Positions 79,604 to 92,101 of a DNA stretch of 124,000 bases are shown here, piece after piece. The notes beneath the pieces were generated by a model that saw only the letters and a program-made list of their open reading frames with translations, was not told the DNA's origin and did no database searches. Position numbers and translations under genes: made by a program. Numbering within the stretch: the stretch's first letter is position 1; each line of letters begins with the position of its first letter. This DNA comes from Wallemia ichthyophaga EXF-994. Lineage: Eukaryota; Fungi; Basidiomycota. The stretch spans positions 20,001-144,000 of the forward strand of contig NW_008806284.1 of the NCBI RefSeq assembly GCF_000400465.1. Direction: 5' to 3'.

Positions 79604-79891
79604 TGATTAGTTAGATATATAACCATCTCACAAAATCTCATTAATTCACGGGCTTTTCTTTTTCAAATTTACGAGACATGAACAAGACAAAAAGGAAAAA
79701 GAAAAAAAAAAAATCAAATTAGCTGCATTTGACACACACGGATTACGGAAGCAGTCAAGTTTCACTAATTCATTCTTCTAGACAAATTGATATCTTTGTA
79801 TGTACTGAATAAACAATATATTAGAATCTTTGATAGTGTGAAAGAAATTTTCCGCGATTGATGCTACAACTGAGTAGAGATGACTAGAGAA

Positions 79892-81480
79892 TCAAGTGGT
79901 GACTTGCATATTCCCGACGCCGTTTGTTACATTTGCAACACTGTCAACGTGTGAGTGCTCGCTGTTGGTGTTATTGGTGTTGCTATTGCTATTGCTGTTG
80001 CTGTTACTATCGCCGGAGTGAAGGTATTGCTGCTGTTGCTGAAATTGACGCTTCTGCTGCCCAGCTCTGACACCACCTCTTCTGACGAAATCACGCATCC
80101 GACGCACCTCCTCCTCGACTCTATCGAGTACTACGCCGCAGAATGCCTCACCATCCCTTAACAAATCGCCATCAGCAGCAGGAGGAGCGGCGAAAGCAGC
80201 TTCTAGAGAACGTGTAGTAGATTCTTGAAGAGATGCGAACAGCTTTGCAGTTGATCTCCGCAAAGCTGATGATGCGGGTGGAGGAAGCATTTCGTTATCG
80301 TAGATATCATCGTCGATCATATTATCATCGTCATCTTCATCATTCTCGTCATCATCGTCACTATCATCCATCGGCTCTGCATCTGAAACCCACACCCACT
80401 TTCCACCCTCGGCCATCACCCACTCACGGTCTTCGTCAACACCGCATTCTGGATCAAATTGCGTTGGTTTCCACGCTTCTTCAACCTCCCACCTTTGCCA
80501 ATCGCTGGGTGGACCAACGTCTGCACCCAATCCGAGAACCTCAACGAGCCCCAAACCATCGCGGTCTTTGCCCCACAGCTTATTGTCGATCTCGAGTCTG
80601 GAGAGGTGAGGGAAGAGGGGTAAAAAGTGCATGAAATAAGCCCTAAATGGCATGGATGTTGTGTCATCAGCGCCGTCTAAAGTGGGCGGAATGCGAGGAT
80701 TTCTACTAGGCGGAAATGATCCATTGAGAATGAGAGTGTGTAAGTTACGCGAAGGATGAATAAGATGAAAGAGACCGTGGGGGGAAGTCCACATGACGTT
80801 GCGCAGTTCAAGAAAGCGGATTTCAGAGAGAGAAGTGTTACGATCAGCGAGGAAAGAGTGATTGCTGGTAGAGTGAGTGTCTGTCAAGTTAACGTTAACC
80901 AAACGCAAGCTTTGTAGCGAGGTGTTTCGTCGTAAAACAAGTGTCAAAGCGTCTGACGATATCGACGGAAGGTTTGAAAGGTTGAGTGATGTGAGGAGAG
81001 TGAGACTGTCGCTCTTAGGCGGCAAGAGGCTACTCAAATTGAATCGCCAGCTGAGTCCGTTTAGTGAGAGGTGTGTTAGCGAATTTGGTAGATTTGCGAA
81101 TAAACTAGGTGGTAGGTACACGCTTGGAAGTGATAGCTGGGATTTAAGTGAGTTTAGACAGCATATGCAGACACTCTACTCACATCTAATCCACGCAGTT
81201 GCTGCGCTGGTCCTATACATCGACTTATGAGACGTCCTAATCGACCATCGGCTTTAGCGCCTACAGGAGCCTCACCACGCCAGTGCGTCGCTTCTGCCCA
81301 ATCACCATCGACTTTAAACCACTTCAAGGCCTGGGCTGGCGTCCAATCTTTCTCCAGGTACTCCCCATACGCAACAACAGCGGCTAAAGTGGGAAGATGG
81401 AGCGCGCTGGGTGCTGGAGTTGTACGATAGAGACTGGTGTACACGGGCGGCGTCTTCTTTGTTGGGGTCTGCGTCGGCAT
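79892..81480 (-). CDS. F-box-like/LRR (RNI-like) protein
   Basis: Degenerate F-box-like N-terminus, repeated LxxLxL units (LTHLSL, LTSLNLS, LQSLRL, LHTLIL), acidic tail. Confidence 0.5.
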
Positions 81481-81658
81481 CGTCTGCCAAAGATTAATTT
81501 TGATCTAAGCTGTTTGGTATCGAAGAGTGGCTGCGTGGATTAATAGAAAGCGAGGCTTATAATTTTATAGGGAACAAATCAATTTTACTAGGAGCTATTG
81601 AAGGAGCTGTGATTGCTAATAACTTGTAGCTTATCAACCACCACCACTAGCACCAGCA

Positions 81659-83559
81659 ATGGGCAGATCAGAGAAATTGTATGTCACACAGAGCGAGTGG
81701 AGTGGAGAGAAGGGCCAGCATCTTAGATCTAAAGGCGCTTTCAATCCAATGCACAACGCAGAAGCAGGATTCAAGCCATTGCCATTCGATTGTTGCGCAT
81801 TGAGTCTAGCGCCTTTTGAAAATCCAGTGATGATCAAGGAAACTGGCACTGTGTTTGACCTTATAAATATCCTACCTTACATTAGAAAATACCACTCAAA
81901 TCCAGCTTCCGGGAATCCAACCACTATTAAAGACCTTATCAAGCTTCATTATCATAAGAATGCAACAGGCGACTATTACGATCCTGTGACCTTCAAAACC
82001 TTTAACCAGCACACTCATATTGTTGCTATTGCCTCCTCTGGAAACGTTTTCTCTTTCGATGCTATCGATAAGCTCAACATTAAGGCTAAATGTAGGTTTT
82101 TGTAATCACACACAACTCTTTCTAACACCGCCGTAGTCTGGGAGGATCTTCTCACTGGCCAGCCATTCACCAAAGCTGATATCGTCACTCTTCAAGACCC
82201 TCGCAATCCACCCAATTTGAACGAGTTGGAATTCATTAAGAACAAGAAAATCGTTTCTGATAAGGAAGCTGATGAAGTACTCAATGACCCACTCGGAACT
82301 ATCAACGTTAATGCAACTGGTGGTGCCAGTGCTCTCCTCAAGAAAATCTCAGATAAGCAAAACGAAGGCAAAGAAACGAGCGACAGTCAGTCAACAGACA
82401 ATAGCCACTTGGTGAAAGCACCCACGCATTTCCCCAAAACTGGTAACCAACCAGCCAGTGGATCACTCACTGGTGTGAAAGCCTACAACGCTGCGAAACA
82501 CAGCACAGGCCGCACAGCTGCCTCCTTCACATCCACCATACTAGATCCACAATCACGCAACGAATCAGCCCTGATAGATGAGGATGAGCTTATGTTCGAA
82601 GAGGTAGAGAAACTAGCTGGTGCACGCGGGAAAGACAAGGCAAAAGGAAAAGCCTACGTACGCATAGTAACAAACCACGGCTCTCTCAATGTAGAGCTAC
82701 ATTGTGAAAAAGCTCCAAAAACTTGCTATAATTGGCTCATGTTAGCACGCGGTCGCAAATACGACGGTGTGTCATTCCACCGCAATATCCCAGGATTCAT
82801 GATTCAGGGTGGAGACCCGTCTGGTACAGGACGCGGTGGGGAGTCTTTCTACGGTAACCCATTCGGCGATGAGTATGACCGTAAAGGTGCCTATAAGCAT
82901 GATGCACGCGGTGTATTTGCAATGGCAAATGCTGGCCCTTCCACAAACACTTCACAATTCTTCATAACATATAGACCTACACCGCATCTCGATGGAAAAC
83001 ACACAGTCTTCGGCCATCTCGTTGGCGGGATGGACACACTGGCCAGTCTCGAATCTATACAGGTCGATAAGGCGACAAGTAGACCTATGCGTACTATTAG
83101 AATGGAGGAAATTCAAATGTGGGTCATAACGTCGATTACTTGGTAGAGATTCTCTTCTCACCTCGCACACATTATAGCTTCTCGGATCCGTTCGAAGAAT
83201 ACAAAGCTAATTTGGCGAACCGTATGAAGAGGGAAAGAGGGGATTACGCAGATGAGGAAAGGAAAGCACGCATGAAAGCGAATAAAGAGAAAAACAGGAC
83301 GACGTGGTGAGTTTAAATGTCTTTCAAAATGCTGATATACTCATCAACCCACAGGTTTGGTACGGATCTTGGTGAAAAGCAAATTAGGTCGCAGCCCGCT
83401 ACCAAGGAAGATGACAACATGAAGGAGCTGCTAGGTGGTACTGGCGGAGGAGGTGTTGGAAAATACCTCTCTCTCAAACGACCCGCTAATCCTGATGCTG
83501 GGGTGCCGCCAAAGAAAAAGAAGGATAGGAGTGGATTCAGTGATTTCAGCTCGTGGTAA
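81659..83559 (+). CDS. U-box cyclophilin PPIL2/Cyp60
   Basis: EKLYVTQSEW, LPFDCCALSL.PF, YYDPVTFK, FHRNIPGFMIQGGDPSGTGRGG, FAMANAGP.TN.SQFFIT. Confidence 0.92.
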
Positions 83560-83884
83560 TGTCTTGTTTTGTGACTTGAATCACATTTGTACGTATAGTA
83601 TACATATTGAGTGTAATAAAAGTAATTTCAAATATAGATCTTGGTTAATCACTTTCCGCGAAAACGATGTGATGTCAAAATGGAATATGGCGGATAAATT
83701 GATTTCTAAATGCTATTCAGTCTGAGCTTATAGTGGAGCTACACCAACCAATCGCTCTCATGACGCACTGCTGCTCTGTCGACTCAACGAGAAGACAAAT
83801 TTTGTAGCAATCGACCGAGAAGTTAAAGTCATTTATCAATTATGATTATAATTACTACAACACCCGCTATTTATCTCAAACCAA

Positions 83885-84439
83885 TTAAATATCCTGTGTA
83901 TTGAGATTGATAGCGAATTTTGCTAGTGAACGCAGAAAGGCTATATCCTCTACTAGACCAACTTGTTCAACGCGAGGAATGAAATGGTTGGTATTCCTTG
84001 ATGGAGTTGCTTGAGATAGGATAGCTCGTTCACATTCGTTGTAGAGTCATTCCTGAGGCAAAAAAAGCTGCTGAATGGTATATTCGCTGTATCTGCTCTC
84101 TAGCGATCGTACACATTCAATCACCTCAATGAGACAATAAGACAAGATGAGATCACCGTCAGGCTCTCCTTTCAAACTCCATTTCGTAGCTTGGAGGTCC
84201 CTTAATAAGGTCACTTGAAGCCCTTTTTCGATGTGTACAGTCGGAACTGCTGTTAGCGGTATGGTCGTATCTTTATTGTCTTCCTCCTCATTCAGATCGC
84301 CTTGATAACGGTTTTCGACATGAACGCATTATCATCTGCGTCAGTAAACTCTATCTTATATTTGGGCTGCGTTTGGTTTCTTCAATATCTAATAACATTC
84401 TCACAAACACACACTCACTCGTGGTGTCGAAACTGGCAT
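83885..84439 (-). pseudogene. Interrupted orphan reading frame
   Basis: ~140-codon frame (YQGDLNEEED..LNTQDI*) with one internal TGA and a frameshifted 5' part. Confidence 0.35.
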
Positions 84440-84692
84440 TGTGCTTATTTTGGTATACTGAAAGCTGCTGGTGATTACTTGCTATGAAATTCCCTCTAGT
84501 CCGACGAAAGTGCACTACAAACATACTACAAACCTCGCTTTAGCTCTAAATTTATCATTTCCAATCAAGAAACCAAGTATATTAAGATTTTGAACACATT
84601 TTCATGGACGAAGGTTGATTACAAAACAATTAAACAATTGAAGTATCTTGGTTGTGAAGAGCTCACAAGCACAAGCACACAAAATCTAGCAC

Positions 84693-85733
84693 TCAAATCA
84701 CTGCGTGTGGAAACTGGAAGTCTGGCTTAGTGAAGGCGTCGTCGCGATAGAATTCGAGTTTATATTGGAAGGCTTCTAATTTGCTAATCATAGACTTAGT
84801 GAGAACACCTCTTGTTTCCAAGTCAGCCAAGATAGGAGCATATTCGAGCTCTTGACCGTTTTCGAGTTTGTGGGTTTCAAGCGGTGTGTAATTTGGTGCG
84901 AATCTGCCTTTGTGCGCTTTGGTATATTCATCTTCTTCTGTTTTATCTTTGCGATTCTTCAACCACACACTGGCGCCCTTATTGTCGTGCATAACTTCTT
85001 GAAGGAACGCCTTAGGTTGGTTGCAGTTAACTTTATAATAGATCGAGCAATTAGTCCTTAATCCCTCTCCAAACGCGCCTCACTCACATACGACACTCTT
85101 GTATCTCTTGATGTGATGCTGTGTCTCCAAGAGATTCCTGATACGCCTCAAGAGACGATCCATATGCTCGTCATACAGTGCTGTACAGCGTTGGTTGAAT
85201 TTTGCAGTCACGAGCTTTATTTCGTATTGCTCATTCCATTCGGCCGCTGGCACTTTCCGATCTTCAGCCCAGTTAGCAAACTCGACCTGTAGATCTGTCT
85301 TAAGCATATTCTTCATTCGCTCATGAACTTTATTTTCAAGGCGGGTGAGTGTAGTCTTATTGCCTAAATTGGCGCCCTCACTTCTGTGTCTGAAGTTTTT
85401 CAACAGGATGGTAACAGACTTGCCCACTGACGAAACGAAAGACTGGATGCCAGTTTTTGAAGACCTGAATGATCCACGAGCACCACCGATACGATCACTG
85501 AAGTCGGTAGCGATGCGCTGGAGCTTTGAAGGCTGCATTTCATCTGTTAGAGCGGTTCGACTGGCAGAGCTCATTTGCTCGTCGTTTATCTGGCGCATTA
85601 GGACCTCGTCCGCTCTCGCGATCTCTGTTGTTGTCAGTTGATCTGAACTATAAGTCCAACCGGATGGTAGTTCGCTCGGCTGCGGTACCTCAACACCGTC
85701 CTTTGGAGATGACTTTGGCTGCGTATTTCTCAT
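84693..85733 (-). CDS. Orphan family member A (~325 aa, two exons)
   Basis: ORFs 85080-85733 and 84693-84992 join in frame through a phase-1 GTGAGT..AAG intron. Confidence 0.6.
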
Positions 85734-86193
85734 GGACTTAGCTCAACAACCGACTTACCAGGAGATGCGCTCCCTACTTATAGCTCAACAATCCTTACAA
85801 GTAAATGCGCTTCTTATTTAGCAGCTAGGTTGAATATTTTCCATACGAACGAACTTTTCTCGTATTTTGCGATTTCGAAGAATGCAAGTGGGGATATACA
85901 GACAGAACTTTTCATTTGTCGTAATCTTAGGTCTGAAGTCTCCTTGTTCGCCTAATACCCTTTCCATGGACTGAAAATCGGGAATGCGAACATACTTGAA
86001 GATGTAGCACGCGACGAAAGCCAAACAAGTATTATAAAGAGATGCATTGATCAAACAAGATGAGATAGAAGTCTATTTAGGTACTAAGTACAATAGTAAT
86101 ATTGAAGACTGCTATTCTATACTCCCACCTTCCCTTAGTCATGCGAAGGAAGCTTTGAACAGTCCACAGGATGCAGAAAATATTCAATTTTAC

Positions 86194-87211
86194 TCAAACA
86201 AATTGCAGAGATACCCTATCATCCTCATTTTTGACTTGGACAAGAAATCGCGTTTGTTCTAGTTGAGTGATTATGAAAAAAAGGTCCCTGAAGGAAGGAG
86301 GCTCTACTAGCGGTTTCATGAGATATATCTGTTCACTTTCGAACCTGTCTTTGAGCACTATCTTTGAAGATTTGTATATATTTCGGTCGAGCAGCTTCTT
86401 CTTGTAAGTGCTGTAATCTTTTGCGAAGGTTAGATTCATAGCTGCATCAAGAAAGTTACGCCCACAGTGGAGACTACTCAGTAACGGCGTGTGTTTCTTG
86501 ATAAGCATTCGTATGCGATCCCTAAGTAACACGCAGTAAAACTTTGCGAACTTGCTATAAAAGACGAAGGACACGATCTTCAAGCTAGGATGAGCAATCA
86601 GCTTTATCTTATGCTACCCTGGCTATTTTAGCAGCGTGATCATGTTATCCAATACCACTCTGTCATGAGCTTTGCGCAAGTTAATGAACAAATCTCGGTA
86701 CTTCAAGTCTCCTTCTCTGTCGCTACATGATAGCTTGGGAAGGATAAGGAAGTATAGCTTAATGGTATTTAAGTCTACCCTTGTCGTTATCTCTCTCTCC
86801 CTCTCCGAAGACATCTGGCTCGATGTATAACTGTATCAAGCCGGTGCTGATTTGCAATGGCTGTGGTGTAACCTCCGCCGTGTTGATTAGTTGTGATTGT
86901 TCAGTCCGTCGGGTCTCTTTCCGAGGCTGCTATTGACGCTGCTCTTGAGCTTTTCCAGCTTCGTAGTTTTCATTACGGGTCTTTATCATGCTGTTTCTTT
87001 CACTCCCCGCTGTGAGGGTAAATTGAAGATCAATTGAGTCTGTTGACGGCCGTGCTGGTGAGGGAGTTGGGTCTGGTAACCATTTCTCGAAATTTGTCAG
87101 AGTTATCTCGACACCTGGTGCTCTGGGATCCAATCCGAACTGAGAACCATTGCTAATTGGAGAGCTTGGGAAAGCGCTTTCGATAGATTCAGGAGCTGTA
87201 AACACTTCCAT
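86194..87211 (-). pseudogene. Fragmented orphan gene, possible third family member
   Basis: Frame from 87211 continues past several in-frame stops; a downstream 129-codon open segment has LLRDRIRMLI and LEQTR. Confidence 0.3.
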
Positions 87212-87364
87212 TATTGTTTCAAGTATTATGGAATTAGATGTGGCAAAGCGCGCGATTTGTCACGTTATCTTGACAAGTGAAAATCTTCCTGACGAAGGAA
87301 ACATATCAACGAAATTCACAGAGTCATTACAAGATTTACTTGAGCAAGTCTTACATAGATTGAT

Positions 87365-88239
87365 TCAATCACGCCTGTAGCGGTATCTTCTAGATGGACG
87401 AGGTGTGTCTGCTGAACATCTTGGATCGACGTATGGTGGTGGATCAGGATAGAAGAAATCTTTGCGCCTCCATTCCAGCAGCCAGTGTAGGTATTTTAGG
87501 CATTCAATGTCAAATTTACTAGCCCTCTCCATGTCGTCGACGAGATCGATTCTGTCGACGACAGCCAAATTTACAGTCAGCTTGTTGAGCGTATATATCT
87601 CATTTGCGCTTCTAGGTAGGGTGTCTTCTACCTTTGGCTCAGGTTTCTTCTTCTTGAAGCTATCAACAAAAACTTGCGCTCTGTCTGTTGGGGTTAATAT
87701 CAATTTAAGTAAAGCAAATCGTCGGATATCAACTCACAGATTAAAGAGCGTTTAAAGATTCTGTTGCTTTCTTTGCTGAGCGCCAAGTGTACTCTGGCTT
87801 GGAGGAAATCGAGTACGTCGCCGGCAAAGTCTTCGAAGTACTTGTTGAATACCATGTGGCGTATAGAGGCCTCTAGATCATCACATCCGTTAACAGCACT
87901 ACGATTGCGAATTCTATCAGATACAAAGCCAGCTTTGAGGAGAACTTGGGGCGTGATTTCCTGATCGACTTGTTCTCGAACTTCAGCGAGGAAATCTGTG
88001 ATGATATCCTTGTTCCTGTGGTATCTCAGGTCTAATGGTAACTTATCGCATCCTCCACAAACGCATTCATTGCGAAATGCTTTACAGTGAAGGACCTTGG
88101 TAGCTGGTGGGAGGTGAGTATCATAAACAGCAATCCCTATAGTGCCCACATATTGATCGTGGTATAGAGTTGGTCGTGAGTTGTCGTCTGCTGTTTGTTC
88201 GTTGAGGTTGAGGAATTGGGGGAACGAACACGGATTCAA
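87365..88239 (-). CDS. Orphan family member B (two or more exons; 5' end uncertain)
   Basis: ORFs 87700-88239 and 87365-87703 join through a phase-1 GTGAGT..CAG intron; shares motifs with member A. Confidence 0.6.
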
Positions 88240-88606
88240 CCTTGTGAGAGTGTCTTCTTATCATCCTTCAACGCCTATTCGACTGCAAAGAACAAAAGGA
88301 ATCGCCTCAGTTATTTATGTCATTTCCCGGCGCTGGAATGGGGGCATCATATCTTAGAAATTTTAAAGAAGTGTCAGGAGTATTAGTGTATGTACTAATT
88401 AATTGCGGTGTAGAAAAGAAATATATGAGTATGTCTAGTATCGCCTATTATCGTCCTTGAAAGAGCTGATTATTTGGTGTAAGCTTCAAATAAGGTCTTA
88501 GTACTCGATATAGCTGAAGTCGAGGGAGAAACACTTCAAGCTATTCTTCGTATAGACCTCCATACACTTGATTCGTTCGACCGTGACAAGAGATGAAAAT
88601 TCATCG

Positions 88607-89275
88607 CTATTTTTTTCCCTTGAATACCCCAGTCACTGTCGCAGAATTAGTAGGCCTCACAAACAACACCGCAGACTGACTTAAGCGCTTCACTCTAACG
88701 CCATGAATGTGAAAAGCGATAAGACTGCGTACACGCACACGCACATCCACGAAAGCGACTAATTCTGTCTCTACTAATTGCATTTTGCTGAGCTTGATAT
88801 TTAGGAGTGCTTTGATAGTGAGGAGCTTGAAGCAGATAGTTTTTTGTTTATTTGCAAACATTGCAAAGGCGTACTGTGGCATTTCAATGAGATCGTTCTT
88901 GTCTGTGTGATCTCGAGAGGAGCTTGGCAGGGGCTACTAGATGTTCTGGGTGATTCCCCATCGAGAAGCAGCTGCAAGCTGATTTGCGTGCCACTACACA
89001 GCGCTCGAAACGCCTGGATTGGCCAAAACAGCTGCTCTCAGACGGCAGAGCTGGTTTTCCATGTAACGAGATGTCGCTTTAGCTTTAACTTTCGTCTCCG
89101 ACAAACAACTCATGGCATATTTCCAGATACTGTTGGCAAACACATTAAGAAATTGATGTTGGTTAATAACAATAATCGTTCTTGGATCCGCATCATCCGC
89201 ACCCATTGCAATTCGCGACTTGTGATCTGCAAAGATCTGTGCTTCGGTATATTCCAAGATGCCGACATATGACAT
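88607..89275 (-). pseudogene. Orphan reading frame with three in-frame TAG stops
   Basis: ORFs 88994-89275 and 88607-88882 are in the same frame, separated by TAG codons. Confidence 0.4.
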
Positions 89276-89989
89276 AATGGGAAATGTAGATCACTTGGCT
89301 TGGCTTATGCATGTGATAGTCACAATCTTAATATATTCACGTAAAATTCAGTCGATTACAAGGTTAATTTGAGGGGTGTGTTAGAGTGTTTCATTTTATG
89401 ACACAACACATCGAAACACGACTCAGATAAAGTCACGTATACGATGAGTGACGTTCCTGACTCACTTGTCTGTCTTTTGAGCTATCTTTCACTTGCAATA
89501 AATGATTTGATGTACGCATCGATTCTGCAACTTGGACCATGTTTGCTGAAGACGATGCAACTGCGCCGTGGGTGAATTGCATATTTGGAACGATCATTGA
89601 TGTTGAAGGTACTGTTGATACTGACGTTAAAGCTGATGGTGTTGCTGCTTGGTGGAGCACACTGGCGGTATCCCCACCTCTCGACGCTTCTACTGTCGTG
89701 CTGCTAGCTGAGAGGTTCTCCAACTTGATATCATAGAGGGTACGCTCAAAGCTGATTTTTGGCTTGATACTCTTCGGACTTAATTTTTTGCGCTTGCTCA
89801 TAGTCCATTTTGCTAACCTGTCTAAAACAATCTCAAGCATGATGGCGTTAGTGTCACTAGCGTGAATTCCTCAAAATCATCGACAGATGAAAGCATTCCT
89901 AGATGCTTGAGCTAGCTCCAAGTTGGCGTCATTCGTGATTTTCCTTTATAAATTATACATGAAAAATTTATACAACAAACAAGAATAAA

Positions 89990-91800
89990 TAGTCTAAAAC
90001 CATCCCTGCCCTGCAAACTGCTCGATCAATCTGGCTTATTGACTCCTTGTCTTGGGAGCAAACTTGCACTCATCAAGTGATGGCTTAGGGATCCACGTCT
90101 CCATTGCGAACTTGCGATACTCTAACGGGGTGTAGTTCTACGCATTCTTCATATACTCAAACCATTAGCCTTTTTAGTTGATATCGATACTTGGCTTGTT
90201 AAGCAGTGAGCGTTCCTCTTCAATTTTCCAGCCTGCATTCATCTTTGCGTTGTGCTTTATGTACAAATTCACGATGTCTGAACACTCTGCGCTTTTTACT
90301 TTTCCATCATCAACAGAATCAATTACGAGCGGAAAAAGCTTTGGTATGCGCTGCGACAGCGAGTAGTTCGAACCTTCATTAAATGATGGATAGTCATCTA
90401 CCTCGGCTGCACCCTCTAATGTTCTCCATTTCGCTAGCACAGTCTTACCAGCAGCTTCTATCACCAACAATAATCCAGGCTGGTTTGCTACTCGCATCAG
90501 ACACTGGCTGTCTTCGTTATGGTTCCAGCAATGCTCATTATGATGTTCTTTGAAATCTGTCATCGCAATTACGCTTTCAACTTTAGGGTATTTGTCTTTT
90601 CTTTCTTAGCGAATATTTCCAAATACACGTAAAGCTTCCACTGCTTTGCCCTAAGAATCAATTTTGTGGTTTGATATACCCGTCCATGCCAAGTTTCCCA
90701 TTGATGAGTCTCTCAGCGTATGTAAACGCTCTGTATATGGCTTTTCAAAGCCTTTGTGATTAAATGAAACGCCATTAGCGTGGAGAGATGACAGCGTGTT
90801 AGTAAGACATAGTGTGTTTCTCATAACATGGACACCGTCATCCACAGTTATTTCAATGTATGGTTTGATGTAGATGTCGTCATAATTTTTAATTGGATTA
90901 ACTTTGCGCATTTGTGCTCGAGCTTTCTTCTTCTGACGTCTCTTTATAGCTTTGTTGTTAGGCAGTTTACATGTTACAATTTCACCTTTCTGAGCCAAGC
91001 TATCAATGAACTCGGCAGGGGCTAAATCTTTTCCTTCTTCTTCAAGTTTGTTAAGTAGTACATTCAGATTCATCTCTTTGAGACCAGTTTCCAAGTCTAC
91101 GCCTCTGGTCTTGGTATCGCAAAGAATATCAACAACCTTCTCAACCGTCTTTCTTTTCAGGTTTCTTCTGATATGTCAATTTCATGCTATCACAATAAAT
91201 TCAATGTCCTTGTTCTCATCATTAGATTCACCTTCCGCCGATGGCAGAGGAACAGAGACATCCCACCCAATCCATTCGTAGGGCTTGCATTGGGTCTCAC
91301 ATCTGCGCAGATTAATATGGAACTGAACCTTATCACGTTGATCTTCTTCAATTTTGAAACTAGCTGGTGTAGGAGCAGGTAGCTTGATAGAATGAAATTC
91401 TACATCCTTGTTGGTGGTGTATATCCGATATCTTTGCAATCTTAAACAAGGTGGATATCATAGTGTGAGATAGAGCACCAATGGAAACCTTCAGTTCCGT
91501 GCATGGGGCAGTCGTACTTGTTGAGCCATTTTCCGAGCCACACCTTGAATTCATCATTAAGGGCACAAGATTCTGCTAATTTGACGAATATTCAGCCCAG
91601 ATCTGTGCTCTGATTGAGCACGGACCTAACACAGCATCTGGATGCGATTTGGTCGAATATCTGTGTAAGGTTACCCAAGATGTTCAATCTCCGAAACATG
91701 GAACTACTGTCTTAATTCTCATTCGATACTTGCTGCAAGGGTCATAGGTCAATGTCAGCTACGTTGCAAACGAAAGTTTTGAGGAATGTTCAACTGCAAT
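89990..91800 (-). CDS. Orphan multi-exon gene(s) or pseudogene
   Basis: Open segments at 90174-90563, 90651-91094 and 91182-91439 with intron-like signals; boundaries uncertain. Confidence 0.3.
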
Positions 91801-92101
91801 TGCCCAAAAACTAGCTGTGAATAAGTTTAGAAAGTTAAATTAATCAGAACAACTTTTTAAAACAAAAGAAAGAAGATAAAGAAACATGAGGGACTTTCTG
91901 GATAGGGGTAAGAGTGGTTAAGTGTTAGGAAGTTGGTAGTTGAATAGTTGTTCAAGTGGATTGGGTTGGCGATATTGCTATTCAATTGGGTAAGTTGAGT
92001 ATAATAAATAGGCGTCGTATTCTGTTTATATGTGGCTTATGACATCGCTGTGAGGGAATTATGAAACAAATAACCAAATGCTCAGTTGAAGGATAAAGTA
92101 A

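Noticed and set aside
83885-89275. Alternative genetic code or stop-codon reassignment to explain in-frame stops
   Set aside because: All conserved genes in the window end normally at TAA, TAG or TGA and have no internal stops; local decay is simpler.
90090-90140. NYTPLE match between the 90-kb region and orphan family member A
   Set aside because: It is preceded by in-frame stops, a plausible splice puts the exon in another frame, and a 6-mer match across all frames of 8 kb can occur by chance. It is not used as evidence.
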